Origin: an uncultured Pelagibacteraceae bacterium
GTDB lineage: Bacteria > Pseudomonadota > Alphaproteobacteria > Pelagibacterales > Pelagibacteraceae
DNA: 64,000 nucleotides
Direction: 5' to 3'
NCBI GenBank assembly: GCA_902517615.1
Contig: CABYCY010000004.1
Coordinates: 18,041-82,040, forward strand
Both the position numbers and the translations under genes were made by a program. Below the pieces are notes generated by a model, which did not search any database, had not been told where the DNA came from, and saw only the letters and a list, made by a program, of their open reading frames with translations. Positions 1 to 9,166 of the stretch are shown piece by piece (position 1 is the stretch's first letter; each line of letters opens with the position of its first letter).

Positions 1-1302
1 GCAAATTATGCTAGAGGTGAAGATACTTATGATCCAGTTTTATCACAAGCAGTAGTATTTCCAGAAACTAACGAAGAAGTTTCTCAAATTTTAAAAATAT
101 GTAATGAGAATAAAATACCAGTTGTACCATTCGGCACCGGAACATCTTTAGAGGGTAATGCAGTTGGTAATTCTAATGGGATTACAATTTCATTAGAAAA
201 AATGAATAAAGTTTTATCTGTAAATGCTGAAGACTTTGATTGTAGGGTACAGGCAAATGTTACTAGAAAACAATTAAATGAATATTTAAGAGAGGATGGT
301 GTTTTTTTTCCAATTGACCCAGGTGCAGATGCTGCTCTTGGAGGAATGGCATCTACATCAGCTTCAGGAACGATGGCAGTAAAATATGGAACTATGAGAA
401 CTGTAATCTCAGGTTTAACTGTTGTTTTAGCTAATGGAGATATAATCAAAACAGGCGCAAGAACTAAAAAGACTTCAGCAGGATATAATCTAACAAATTT
501 GTTTATCGGTTCAGAGGGTACTCTAGGAATAATTACAGAGGTACAAGTTAGGTTATCACCAGTTCCAGAAAGTATAATGAGTGCTGTATGCTATTTTCCA
601 GATTTAGACTCAGCAGTTAAAACTGCTCAAGAAGTAATCCAGTATGGAGTTCCAATTGCAAGAATTGAAATGCTTAATAAAGATCAAATGGAGATTAGTA
701 TTAAATATTCAAAATTAGATAATATTAAAGCTTCACCAACTTTATTTTTTGAATTTCATGGAAGTGAAACTACAAACAATGAAGCAATAGGCATTGTAGA
801 AGAATTATCTAAAAATAATAATGGAAGTGATTTTCAGTGGGCATCTTCACCTGAAGAGCAAAAAAAATTATGGAAAGCAAGACATGATGTTTACTATTCT
901 GTAAAAGCACTTGGTAGCAACATGAAAGTTTATTCTACAGATGTATGTGTTCCCATTTCAAGATTAGTTGAATGTATTTCTTGGGCAGAAAAGGAAGTTA
1001 ACAAATTAGGTCTTACTGCCCCAATGGTGGGCCACGTAGGAGATGGGAATTTTCATTCGATTGTATTGTATGATCCACATGATAAAGAGAAACAAAAAAA
1101 AATAAGACAGTACAGTGATGATCTTATTAATAAAGCTTTAGAACTTGAGGGAACTATAACTGGTGAACATGGTATTGGCTTACAAAAAAAACATTATCTT
1201 TTAAAAGAGCATCTAGATAATCTTCCTGTGATGAAAGCAATAAAAAGAAGTCTAGATACTAATAATATTATGAATCCTGGAAAAGTATTCGATTTAAATT
1301 AA
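1..1302 (+). CDS. FAD-linked 2-hydroxyacid oxidase/dehydrogenase (D-lactate dehydrogenase/GlcD family), 5'-truncated by window edge
   Basis: Frame 1 is open from base 1 (ANYARGEDTYDPV...VVPFGTGTSLEG), upstream of the ORF-track Met at 202; family motifs IDPGADA, GSEGTLG, GHVGDGNFH, TGEHGIG, NPGK. Confidence 0.85.
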   Translation, partial: ANYARGEDTYDPVLSQAVVFPETNEEVSQILKICNENKIPVVPFGTGTSLEGNAVGNSNGITISLEKMNKVLSVNAEDFDCRVQANVTRKQLNEYLREDGVFFPIDPGADAALGGMASTSASGTMAVKYGTMRTVISGLTVVLANGDIIKTGARTKKTSAGYNLTNLFIGSEGTLGIITEVQVRLSPVPESIMSAVCYFPDLDSAVKTAQEVIQYGVPIARIEMLNKDQMEISIKYSKLDNIKASPTLFFEFHGSETTNNEAIGIVEELSKNNNGSDFQWASSPEEQKKLWKARHDVYYSVKALGSNMKVYSTDVCVPISRLVECISWAEKEVNKLGLTAPMVGHVGDGNFHSIVLYDPHDKEKQKKIRQYSDDLINKALELEGTITGEHGIGLQKKHYLLKEHLDNLPVMKAIKRSLDTNNIMNPGKVFDLN

Positions 1303-1317
1303 TCAAAAAAATTTTTT

Positions 1318-2271
1318 ATGAAAAAAATATTAATAACGAGAAGATTATTAAGATCTTGCGAGGAAAAAGCTGAAAAAACTTTTAAAGCTAACTTAAATTT
1401 AAATGATGAATTATATTCTCAAAAAAAATTAATTGAACTTAGTGAAGGTTGTGATGGTTTGCTCTCGTCTTTAACAGATAAACTTGATACAGAAACTATT
1501 AGTAAGCTCCCAGAAAGCATCAAAATAATATCAAATTTTGCTGTTGGATTTGGTAATATTGATTTAGAAGCAGCTAAAAAAAGAGACATAGCAGTAACAA
1601 ACACTCCAGAAGTACTTACTGATGCTACAGCAGAGATTGGTGTTTTGCTAATTCTTGGTGCTTGTAGAAGAGCATCGGAAGGAATTGCAAGTGCTAGAGA
1701 GGGCGGTTGGAAATGGTCAGCAGATTATTTAATTGGAAAACAATTAACAGGAGCAAGATTGGGTATTTTAGGAATGGGAAGAATCGGTCAAAAAATAGCA
1801 AAAATAGCAAAGTCTTTAGGAATGGTAATTCACTATCATAATCGATCAAAATTAAGTGGTGATAAAGAACAAGGAGCAATTTACCATAATAACTTAAAAG
1901 ATTTGTTATCAGTTTCTGATGTTCTTTCAATCTGCTGTCCTGCTTCGAAGGAAACTGTTGATATGATTAATAAAGATACTATTGAATATTTACCCAAAGG
2001 TGCCGTTGTAACTAATGTTGCAAGAGGAGATATAGTTGATGATGAAGCAATGATTGATGCTCTTGAAAGAAGAAAAATTTATGCAGTAGGTTTAGATGTC
2101 TATAAGAACGAACCAAATTTAAATCCTGGTTATCTTAAACATAAAAGCGCATTTATTCTCCCCCATTTAGGAAGCGCAACAAAAGATACTCGTACTGCAA
2201 TGGCTAATTTAGCAATAGATAATATTGATGAATTTTTTAATACAGGAAATTGCAAAAACAAAGTAAATTAA
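1318..2271 (+). CDS. D-isomer-specific 2-hydroxyacid dehydrogenase (glyoxylate/hydroxypyruvate reductase-like)
   Basis: AVGFGNID, NTPEVLTDATAE, GMGRIG nucleotide-binding motif, NVARG, LDVY, PHLGSAT. Confidence 0.88.
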   Translation: MKKILITRRLLRSCEEKAEKTFKANLNLNDELYSQKKLIELSEGCDGLLSSLTDKLDTETISKLPESIKIISNFAVGFGNIDLEAAKKRDIAVTNTPEVLTDATAEIGVLLILGACRRASEGIASAREGGWKWSADYLIGKQLTGARLGILGMGRIGQKIAKIAKSLGMVIHYHNRSKLSGDKEQGAIYHNNLKDLLSVSDVLSICCPASKETVDMINKDTIEYLPKGAVVTNVARGDIVDDEAMIDALERRKIYAVGLDVYKNEPNLNPGYLKHKSAFILPHLGSATKDTRTAMANLAIDNIDEFFNTGNCKNKVN

Positions 2272-2289
2272 AGCAAAATAATTTACATA

Positions 2290-3189
2290 CTAAATTCTAG
2301 ATAATAATAAAATTGTCACTCCTATTACAAAAATAATAATTCCCATAATTTCTGTAAATCTTACTTTTTCTTTAAATAAATATCTTGAAGAAAAATAACT
2401 AAATAACAATTCAACTTGACCAAGTGCTCTTACAAATGATGATTGAATTAAAGTGAAGGCATAAAACCAAGACAATGATGCAAATAATCCAGCTATGCCT
2501 GTTAAAATACATTCATACTTATCATTATAAAGTTTATTGAACTCTGATCTTTCAAAAAAAATTAAGTAAAATGTTAAAATTAAAGTTTGTATAAATAAAC
2601 CAATGAATAGGGCCGAAATAGCTTTTCCAAAATTTGAACTAATATTATCTAAAGTTAATATTGCTGCTCTAAAATAGACTACACTTAAAGCCAAGAATAA
2701 TCCTGATATCAATCCAATTAAAGTTGTTTTTGAAAATAAATTATTAAAAAATAATTTTACGTCTTTTATAGATAATAAGATAACACCCAGCGTTGATATA
2801 ATAATTCCACTAATTCCAAATTTATTTAATTTTTCATTTAATATTAAATATTCAAATAACGCTACTTGGATAACTTCAGTTTTGCTAAGGGATGTACCAA
2901 CAACAAAATTTGAAAAATTAAATAAATATAACAATATAAATGTAAAAATAATTTGAAAGATTGATGCAAGAAAAACATTAAATAAAAATCCTGGTTGTAT
3001 TAATATGGTGCTTATTATATTTAAATCTCTAAAGAATAAAAAAAACAATATTGCTGCAAATGGTAGTGCAAAAGCAAACCTAACATAAGTAGAAGCTATA
3101 GTAGAAATATCTTTATTTAATTTTTTTTGTAAAGATGATCTTAAATTTTGAAAAAAAGCCCCAAAAACTGTAACTAATACCCAGTTCAT
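2290..3189 (-). CDS. DMT/EamA-family membrane transporter
   Basis: 299 aa, ~10 hydrophobic segments in two repeats, RSSLQK and VRALGQVE-type motifs of EamA-like proteins. Confidence 0.75.
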   Translation of the reverse strand: MNWVLVTVFGAFFQNLRSSLQKKLNKDISTIASTYVRFAFALPFAAILFFLFFRDLNIISTILIQPGFLFNVFLASIFQIIFTFILLYLFNFSNFVVGTSLSKTEVIQVALFEYLILNEKLNKFGISGIIISTLGVILLSIKDVKLFFNNLFSKTTLIGLISGLFLALSVVYFRAAILTLDNISSNFGKAISALFIGLFIQTLILTFYLIFFERSEFNKLYNDKYECILTGIAGLFASLSWFYAFTLIQSSFVRALGQVELLFSYFSSRYLFKEKVRFTEIMGIIIFVIGVTILLLSRI

Positions 3190-3262
3190 TAATAATTATT
3201 TATTTGTAATACATTTAAAAGTCGACTTTAATATTAGGTTAAACAATTTAGAAGGAAATAAC

Positions 3263-4252
3263 ATGAAAATATTAAAAAAAATAATTTTTTCTTTAATTTT
3301 TGTTTCTATAGCTAGTGCAAGCTTTGCTGAAACAAAAATGAGAATAACTCTCCAATTACCTTTAAAGGCACACTTAGGTCAAAACCTTTTGGTGTTTAAA
3401 AAAGAATTGGAGTCAAGGTCAGACATAACAGTAGAAATTTATGACTCAGCACAACTTTATAAAGACAAGGAAGTTCCTCAAGCTGTAGGTTCGGGAGCTA
3501 TTGAAGCTGGCGTAGCATCAATAACAAGATTTGCAGGAACAAATCCAGAGGTTGATATTTTTTACTTACCGTTTCTATTTGACTCAGAGGCAAAAATTAG
3601 AAAAGCAACCAAGGCTGGATCTGAAATCAGATCAATTCTTGACCCTGCTATAGCATCTACTGGTGCTGTGCCATTATATTATCAGGCTTATGGATCAGCA
3701 ATTATGCTTTCTAACGGTGGACCAATGAAATCACCTGCTGATTTCAAAGATAAGAAAATTAGAGTATTTGGAAAAACTTTAGGAGCTTTTATAAGTTCTT
3801 TAGGTGGTAAACCAGCATTGATATCAGGCTCTGAGCAATATTTAGCTTATCAAAGAAATACTGTAGATGCAGGTATGACTGGAGTATCAGGAGTGAAATC
3901 AAGAAAACTTTATCAAGTTATGGACACTTTAACAATAACTAATCACGGTGATATAGAGTTCGTTGTCGTTGCAAATGATAAATGGTTAAAATCATTAACC
4001 CAAAAACAAAGAGATGCTATTGCTGAAGCATCTAAAGTTGCTGAAAAAGCTGTTAGAGATGACATGGCTAATATTGAAGCAGCTGCTTACAAAGAAGCAA
4101 AAGCAAATGGAATGAACATTGTTAACTTATCAAGTTCTGAAACATCTGCTCTTAAAAAAGCATCTTCTTCAGTTATAGATGATTATATTTCTAGAACTGG
4201 TGGAGCTGGTGGAGTTGGAGATAAATTAGTTAAAGCAGCTAATAATCTATAA
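3263..4252 (+). CDS. dctP: TRAP transporter substrate-binding protein (DctP family), system 1
   Basis: Sec signal peptide (…ASASFA/E), VEIYDSAQLYKDKE, DFKDKKIRVFG with conserved Arg, followed by small and large TRAP permeases; RBS GAAGGA. Confidence 0.9.
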   Translation: MKILKKIIFSLIFVSIASASFAETKMRITLQLPLKAHLGQNLLVFKKELESRSDITVEIYDSAQLYKDKEVPQAVGSGAIEAGVASITRFAGTNPEVDIFYLPFLFDSEAKIRKATKAGSEIRSILDPAIASTGAVPLYYQAYGSAIMLSNGGPMKSPADFKDKKIRVFGKTLGAFISSLGGKPALISGSEQYLAYQRNTVDAGMTGVSGVKSRKLYQVMDTLTITNHGDIEFVVVANDKWLKSLTQKQRDAIAEASKVAEKAVRDDMANIEAAAYKEAKANGMNIVNLSSSETSALKKASSSVIDDYISRTGGAGGVGDKLVKAANNL

Positions 4253-4265
4253 TTAAATAATAAAT

Positions 4266-4293
4266 AAATCCCGCAATTAATTTTGCGGGGTTT
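4266..4293 (+). terminator. Stem-loop between dctP and dctQ of TRAP system 1
   Basis: AAATCCCGCAA-TTAATT-TTGCGGGGTTT inverted repeat, 3' arm running into T residues. Confidence 0.7.
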
Positions 4294-4297
4294 TGTT

Positions 4298-4774
4298 ATG
4301 AATTATTACGATAAAATTGTAAAATATTCTGGCTATTTAGCTTCAGCTTTATTCATAGCCATAGGATTTATAGTTTCTTATGAAGTAATCATGAGATACT
4401 TATTTAATTCACCAACTATCTGGGTAAATGAAGTTTCAAGATTTTTGCAAATTTGGGCGACTTATCTTGCATTAACTTATTCATTTCATAAACAAGATTT
4501 TATTAGAATAACAGTTATTTATGACAGGTTAAATCAAACTGGAAAAAAAATTTTAGATTTTATTAGTTTTATTTTTATTATTATTTTTAGTTGTTTCGTT
4601 GTCTATTATGGATGGTTAATAGCTTATGACTCTTTAAAAGTTGGACGAACTAGTTCTACTATTTTAGACGTTCCATCATTTTTAACAGAATTAGCAATTC
4701 CACTTTGTTTTGCATTTTTAGTCATAAGAGTAATTTTAGAGGCGATAAGATATATAAGGAATTTTTCTAAATGA
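4298..4774 (+). CDS. dctQ: TRAP transporter small permease (DctQ), system 1
   Basis: ~4 TM segments, EVIMRYLFNSPTIWVNEVSR and IRITV motifs; ATG 4298 preferred over TTG 4283, which lies inside the hairpin. Confidence 0.88.
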   Translation: MNYYDKIVKYSGYLASALFIAIGFIVSYEVIMRYLFNSPTIWVNEVSRFLQIWATYLALTYSFHKQDFIRITVIYDRLNQTGKKILDFISFIFIIIFSCFVVYYGWLIAYDSLKVGRTSSTILDVPSFLTELAIPLCFAFLVIRVILEAIRYIRNFSK

Positions 4775-6042
4775 TAGTTGCATTAATTCTATTTGTTCTT
4801 TTTTCGATATTGTTTTTAGGAGTTCCTATCGCTTTTGGTCTTGGCTCACTAGGGTTAGGTTTAATGCTATTAGGGGATATTTCTCCACTTATGATACCAC
4901 AGACATTTTATAGTGTTGCAGATAATTTTATACTTTTGGCTGTACCCATGTTTTTAATGATGTCTAATATTCTTTTGAAAGCAGGAGTTGGTGAAGACCT
5001 TTTTAATTTTGCACAAAGTTGGGTTGGAAATTTTCCAGGAGGTTTAGCTATAGCAACTATTGTTTCGTGTAGTATCTTTGCAGCTATCTCTGGTTCATCT
5101 GTTGCTACAGCTGCAACAATTTCAACTGTAGCATTTCCTGCAATGATTAAAAGAGGTTATCATAGGAATTTTACTTTGGGAATTTTGGCTGCGGGAGGAA
5201 CATTGGGTATTTTAATACCTCCTTCTATTCCAATGATTGTATATGCATTTGTTGTTGAAGAATCGGTATTAAGTATGTTTTTAGCTGGTATTGGACCAGG
5301 AATAGTGTTGGCACTTTTCTTCATTATTTTTTCAGTTTTTTATGTAATTTTTTTTAATAAAGAAGTTCAAAATGTCAAAACATCATTTGAAGATAAAATT
5401 AAATATACAAAAAAAGGTTTACCAGTTTTATTAATGGCTTTTATAATGTTAGGAGGAATTTATGCTGGTATATACACTCCAACTGAAGCAGGTGGAATAG
5501 GTTTTTTAATATCCTTTATATATGTTGTCGCCAAAAAAAAAATAGACTTTAAACGTTTTATTGAAGCTGGTTTGGAGACTATGAAAACAACTGTAACAAT
5601 ATTTATTATTATTGCTGGTGCTAAAATTTTTGGTAAAGCTATTTCGCTTTATAGAATACCTCAAGAACTTTCTGCTTTCATAGTTACAAATATAACTGAA
5701 CAAGGTATGTTTATATTTGTTGTTGCGATCACTTTGTTAATTTTAGGATTTATAATGGAAACTTTATCCTTAATTTTAATTATGATGCCCATATTTGCTA
5801 TTTCTATTGCTGCAATGAATATTGATTTAATTTGGTTTGGAATTATTTTTACTCTTATGATTGAGTGTGCTTTGATAACCCCTCCTGTGGGTTTGAATAT
5901 TTATGTTCTGCAAGCCATTGGTAAAGCAAAAATGGCTGAAATAGCTAAAGGTGTGATACCTTTTGTATTAATTATGCTTTTTACAGTTTATGTGATTTAC
6001 TTGTTTCCTGACTTAGCGTTATATATACCTTTTAAATTATAA
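4771..6042 (+). CDS. dctM: TRAP transporter large permease (DctM), system 1
   Basis: 423 aa hydrophobic; LLAVPMF, AISGSSVATA, GTLGILIPPSI, TPTEA, ITPPVGLN motifs. Confidence 0.93.
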   Translation: MIVALILFVLFSILFLGVPIAFGLGSLGLGLMLLGDISPLMIPQTFYSVADNFILLAVPMFLMMSNILLKAGVGEDLFNFAQSWVGNFPGGLAIATIVSCSIFAAISGSSVATAATISTVAFPAMIKRGYHRNFTLGILAAGGTLGILIPPSIPMIVYAFVVEESVLSMFLAGIGPGIVLALFFIIFSVFYVIFFNKEVQNVKTSFEDKIKYTKKGLPVLLMAFIMLGGIYAGIYTPTEAGGIGFLISFIYVVAKKKIDFKRFIEAGLETMKTTVTIFIIIAGAKIFGKAISLYRIPQELSAFIVTNITEQGMFIFVVAITLLILGFIMETLSLILIMMPIFAISIAAMNIDLIWFGIIFTLMIECALITPPVGLNIYVLQAIGKAKMAEIAKGVIPFVLIMLFTVYVIYLFPDLALYIPFKL

Positions 6043-6044
6043 TT

Positions 6045-6920
6045 ATGTTTTCAAAAATAAAATCAAAAGATAAAGCTGCTAAATTAAGAAAAATTTTAGA
6101 TAAAAAAGATATAATTGTTATGCCTGGTTGTTTTGATGCTTTATCAGCAAAACTAATAGAGAGAGAAGGATTTAATGTAGGATTTATGTCTGGCTTTAGT
6201 GTTTCTTCAACGCGATTAGGCATGCCTGATACTGGACTAATATCATTTTCAGAAATGGCTGAGCAAGTAAGAAATATATGTAACTCAACATCGATTCCAA
6301 TTATTTTTGACGGTGATACTGGTTATGGAAATTCTGTTAATGTATTTAGAACAGTAAGAGGTTATGCAGACGCTGGTGCAGCTGGTGTAATGATTGAAGA
6401 TCAAAAATGGCCTAAAAAATGTGGACATACCAAAGGAAAAGATGTTGTGGAAATAGATGAGGCAAAATCAAGAATTAAAGCTGCTGTAGATGCAAGAAAA
6501 TACGGAGATAATGATATTTTAATTATGGCCAGAACAGATGCAATTGCAACTCATGGTCTCGATGAAGCAATTAAGAGAATGCAAATATTTTCAGAGATTG
6601 GCGTTGATATTCTTTTCATAGAAGCTGTCAAATCAAAAGAAGATATGAAAAAAATTATGACAGAAGTTCCCGGAAATCACATGGTAAATTTAATTGAGGA
6701 TGGAGATACTCCATTGTTAGATATTAATGAATTAGAGGAAATAGGTTATAAGATTGCAGTGATGCCACTAACTTTAATGAGTGCTTCAGTTAAAACTATG
6801 CAAGAATGTTTAAAAAATATGAAAAATAAAACTTATAATACAAATATAACAAAGTTTTCAGAATTAAGAGATATAGTGGGTTTCAATGAATATTACAATA
6901 TTGAAGATAAGTATAAATAA
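6045..6920 (+). CDS. Isocitrate lyase/PEP mutase superfamily enzyme (methylisocitrate/dimethylmalate lyase-like)
   Basis: PGCFDALSAKL, DGDTGYG, IEDQ, KKCGH catalytic loop, ARTDA, FIEA. Confidence 0.88.
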   Translation: MFSKIKSKDKAAKLRKILDKKDIIVMPGCFDALSAKLIEREGFNVGFMSGFSVSSTRLGMPDTGLISFSEMAEQVRNICNSTSIPIIFDGDTGYGNSVNVFRTVRGYADAGAAGVMIEDQKWPKKCGHTKGKDVVEIDEAKSRIKAAVDARKYGDNDILIMARTDAIATHGLDEAIKRMQIFSEIGVDILFIEAVKSKEDMKKIMTEVPGNHMVNLIEDGDTPLLDINELEEIGYKIAVMPLTLMSASVKTMQECLKNMKNKTYNTNITKFSELRDIVGFNEYYNIEDKYK

Positions 6921-6984
6921 TGTTTTAAAAAAGATCCAAAAAAAAATTTACCAAAAAAATTAAAATTAATTAAAGGAGATTTGC

Positions 6985-7899
6985 ATGAGTGATAAAATTG
7001 CTTTTATTGGAGTCGGAAATATGGGCAATCCAATGGCAGAAAATTTATTTAAATCTGGAAAAGAAATCAAAGTATTTGATGTTTCAAATGAAATGATTGA
7101 GCGAGCTAAAAAAAAAGGTCTAAATACAACAGATAGTATTGAATCTTTAATTAATGACGAAATCTCTACAGTGATAACAATGTTGCCTGAGGGCAAACAT
7201 TCAAAAGAAATATATCTAGGCGATAGTGGAATAATTAATAAAGTTTCAAAAAATTGTTTGTTAATAGATTGTTCAACAATAGATATAGAAACTTCAAAAG
7301 AAATTGGGAAAGTTGCAAATAATCAAGGTATTATGATGATAGATGCTCCAGTAAGTGGTGGAGTAATGGGGGCTCAAAAAGCAACTCTTAATATAATGGT
7401 TGGTGGGTCTAAAGAAGCTTTCGATAGAGCATTACCAGTTTTAAAAGTTATGGGAAAAAATATTTATCATGCTGGCGATATTGGAAGTGGTAATGGAGCT
7501 AAGATTTGTAACAATATGGCTTTAGGAATTTCAATGATTGCTGCTTCAGAATCATTAATGTTAGCTAAAAGATTGCATATAGATATTAAAAAGGTCCATG
7601 AGATTATGAAAAATGCATCAGGCAATAGTTGGCCCATTTCAGTTTATCCTCCCTTACCAGGTTTGATTGATGGAACTCCATCTAATAATAATTATCGACC
7701 TGGTTTTTCTGCAGGAATGATGAACAAAGATCTTAAATTAGCTTATGAATGCGCAAAAAGCGTAGATGCAGAAACACCATTAGGTAAGATGGCGTTAGAA
7801 ATTTATGATCAATTTTGTAAAGAAGGAAATGAGTCAAAAGATTTTTCAGCTATTTCAAAGGTTATTGGTGGAAATGCTTGGGATTATCCAATAGATTAA
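6985..7899 (+). CDS. mmsB: 3-hydroxyisobutyrate dehydrogenase
   Basis: FIGVGNMGNPMA, ITMLP, DCSTID, DAPVSGG, AKICNN, MMNKDL; RBS AAGGAG. Confidence 0.88.
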   Translation: MSDKIAFIGVGNMGNPMAENLFKSGKEIKVFDVSNEMIERAKKKGLNTTDSIESLINDEISTVITMLPEGKHSKEIYLGDSGIINKVSKNCLLIDCSTIDIETSKEIGKVANNQGIMMIDAPVSGGVMGAQKATLNIMVGGSKEAFDRALPVLKVMGKNIYHAGDIGSGNGAKICNNMALGISMIAASESLMLAKRLHIDIKKVHEIMKNASGNSWPISVYPPLPGLIDGTPSNNNYRPGFSAGMMNKDLKLAYECAKSVDAETPLGKMALEIYDQFCKEGNESKDFSAISKVIGGNAWDYPID

Positions 7900-8008
7900 A
7901 ATATTCTACTTCAGATTGCATATAAACTGTGTGATACTATTTTTGCTCTAGACTCTAATGGTCAATTATACTTTAATCCTCAAAGTTAATTAACTAAGAG
8001 GAGAAATA

Positions 8009-9139
8009 ATGATTAAAGAAAAAAAATCATTGAAGGGAAAATTACCTTCAAGACGTAAGTTCTTTAAAGCTGCTGCTGCAACTGGTGTTGCTGCTGTAGC
8101 CGCATCATCTTTAGCCGCTCCAGCTGTTGCACAAGAAAGAGTTGAAGCAGCTATGGTAGCTACTTGGCCAAGAGATTTTCCTGGTCTAGGAACTGGTGCC
8201 CAAAGACTTGCACAAAGATTATCAGATATGAGTGACGGAAGAATACAAGTTACTTATTATGCTGCTAACGAAAGAGTTAAAGCATTTGATTCATTTGATG
8301 AAGTTGCATCTGGTAACTCACAAATGTATCATGGAGCTGACTACTACTGGGTTAAAAAACACCCAGCGTTTGGTTACTTCACAGCATGTCCGTTTGGATT
8401 TACTTATTCAGAAATTAATGCTTGGATTCACCATGGAGGTGGACAAGAACTTTGGGATGAATTAACTGATGATTTTGGTACTCAAAGTTTTATAGCAGGA
8501 AATACTGGAGTTCAAATGGGCGGTTGGTTTAATAAAAAAATTAGATCAGCTAATGACCTTAAAGGTTTAAAAATGCGTATGCCTGGATTAGGTGGACAAG
8601 TACTTGGAAAACTTGGTGGTTCTCCAATTTCACTTCCTGGCGGACAAATTTATGAAAACCTTGTTTCTGGTGCAATTGATGCAACTGAATGGGTAGGTCC
8701 TTGGAATGATGAAGCAATGAAGTTCCATGAAGCAGCTAAGTATTATTACTATCCTGGTATGCACGAACCTGGTTCGATGTTAGCTTGTGGTGTTAATAAA
8801 TCTTGGTTTACAAGCTTAACTAAGTCAGACCAAATGATAATCAAAACTGCTTGCGCATGGGCGGACGAGATTACAATGGCAGAATACAATGCTAAAAACG
8901 GTGCAGCTTTATCAAGACTAGTAAACGAAAATGGAGTTAAACTTGAGAAGTTTAGCGACAAAGTTTACGATGCTTTTGCTAAAGGTGCTGCTGAAGTTTA
9001 TGATGAAGTTCAACAACACAGTGATCTTGCTGCTAGAACGCACAAAGCTTTTGTTAAAGCTAGAAAAGAGATCGGTGCTTGGACCAACTTATCAGACTCA
9101 CCGTACATTGCTCAAAGAAACAGAGCTTTAGGACTATAG
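8009..9139 (+). CDS. dctP: TRAP substrate-binding protein, TakP/alpha-keto-acid-binding-like subfamily, Tat-exported, system 2
   Basis: Twin-arginine signal SRRKFFK; TWPRDFPGLG, GNTGVQMGGWF, GLKMRMPG, IDATEWVGP, PGMHEPG; strong RBS AGAGGAG. Confidence 0.9.
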   Translation: MIKEKKSLKGKLPSRRKFFKAAAATGVAAVAASSLAAPAVAQERVEAAMVATWPRDFPGLGTGAQRLAQRLSDMSDGRIQVTYYAANERVKAFDSFDEVASGNSQMYHGADYYWVKKHPAFGYFTACPFGFTYSEINAWIHHGGGQELWDELTDDFGTQSFIAGNTGVQMGGWFNKKIRSANDLKGLKMRMPGLGGQVLGKLGGSPISLPGGQIYENLVSGAIDATEWVGPWNDEAMKFHEAAKYYYYPGMHEPGSMLACGVNKSWFTSLTKSDQMIIKTACAWADEITMAEYNAKNGAALSRLVNENGVKLEKFSDKVYDAFAKGAAEVYDEVQQHSDLAARTHKAFVKARKEIGAWTNLSDSPYIAQRNRALGL

Positions 9140-9166
9140 TACTTAAAGTTTTAAGTTAAATTTAAT

